From positions 1 to 14,281 of the forward strand of contig NZ_MPKA01000069.1 of the NCBI RefSeq assembly GCF_001945605.1: a stretch of DNA of 14,281 bases, read 5' to 3'. Below the pieces are notes generated by a model, which did no database searches, was not told the DNA's origin, and saw only the letters and a list, made by a program, of their open reading frames with translations. This stretch comes from Dubosiella newyorkensis. GTDB taxonomy: Bacteria > Bacillota_I > Bacilli_A > Erysipelotrichales > Erysipelotrichaceae. Position numbers and translations under genes: made by a program. Positions 14,183 to 14,281 of this stretch are shown here, in pieces. Numbering within the stretch: position 1 is the first letter of the stretch; each line of letters begins with the position of its first letter.

Positions 14183-14281
14183 TGAACCGCCCATCCGAAA
14201 AATTCGAACTCATCTATGAAATTGCTCAGGATCCGGAAAACACGTTCTCTATCAAGCAGCTGTGCGAACTGAATCAAACCG
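14182..14281 (+). CDS. IS3-family transposase OrfB, N-terminal fragment, 3' partial
   Basis: ATG 14182 overlaps the OrfA stop (TGATG). The frame is -1 relative to OrfA. It translates MNRPSEKFELIYEIAQDPENTFSIKQLCELNQT and is open to the window end. Confidence 0.65.
   Translation, partial: MNRPSEKFELIYEIAQDPENTFSIKQLCELNQT

Larger units (their letters stand above)
13717..14281 (+). mobile_element. Left (5') end of an IS3-family insertion sequence, partial at the window edge
   Basis: The OrfA / A-run / -1-frame OrfB organisation is present. The candidate IRL, TGTTCGCGTTTTGTAGACATTTTCTATTTCC, starts at 13717 with TG. It aligns imperfectly by eye with the reverse complement of the terminus at 299. 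The left boundary is uncertain; the alternative is TGAAGCG... at 13758. Confidence 0.6.

Noticed and set aside
1-14281. CRISPR arrays, tRNA/rRNA genes, long tandem repeats, and toxin-antitoxin or known defence-system gene pairs
   Set aside because: - Reading both strands found no regularly spaced direct repeats.
- I found no cloverleaf-like or rRNA-like segments.
- There are no small adjacent ORF pairs outside the annotated genes, and intergenic space is short throughout.

Overview
This is a Bacillota-like chromosomal segment of about 13.4 kb, bounded at both window edges by partial IS3-family elements in the same orientation.

Left to right:
- 1-299: 3' end of an IS3-type transposase gene plus a 186-nt untranslated tail. 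This element has inserted into, and truncated, an IS1182-type (DUF772) transposase gene, whose remnant lies at 300-480 on the minus strand.
- Minus-strand block:
  - a DUF349 repeat protein (588-1742);
  - a two-gene ATP-driven Fe-S activase plus dehydratase-like module (1836-3098 and 3091-6003). This belongs to the 2-hydroxyacyl-CoA dehydratase / benzoyl-CoA reductase / double-cubane-cluster superfamily;
  - an MFS transporter (6095-7285).
- A divergent RpiR/MurR regulator (7432-8337, plus strand).
- A translationally coupled MATE efflux-mntP pair (10204 down to 8308, minus strand).
- A divergent P2-type Ca2+-ATPase (10313-12946, plus strand).
- A YhcG/DUF1016 PDDEXK nuclease remnant lacking its N-terminus (13062-13676, minus strand).
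- The left end of a second IS3-family element (about 13717-14281) with OrfA, an A-run -1 frameshift site and the start of OrfB.

I saw no rRNA, tRNA, CRISPR array or recognisable defence system.

The most interesting items are:
- the orphan tandem-activase/dehydratase-like radical enzyme module with no CoA-pathway partners, sitting next to an MFS/RpiR pair;
- a roughly 4-5-fold excess of GATC (mostly CGATC/GATCG) confined to the core coding regions;
- the compact MFS/rpiR control region, with an apparently leaderless rpiR, overlapping divergent -10 elements, a perfect 10-bp inverted repeat and an anti-SD-like box;
- the IS3-bracketed architecture itself.

All functional calls rest on by-eye motif recognition. 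No database search was run.
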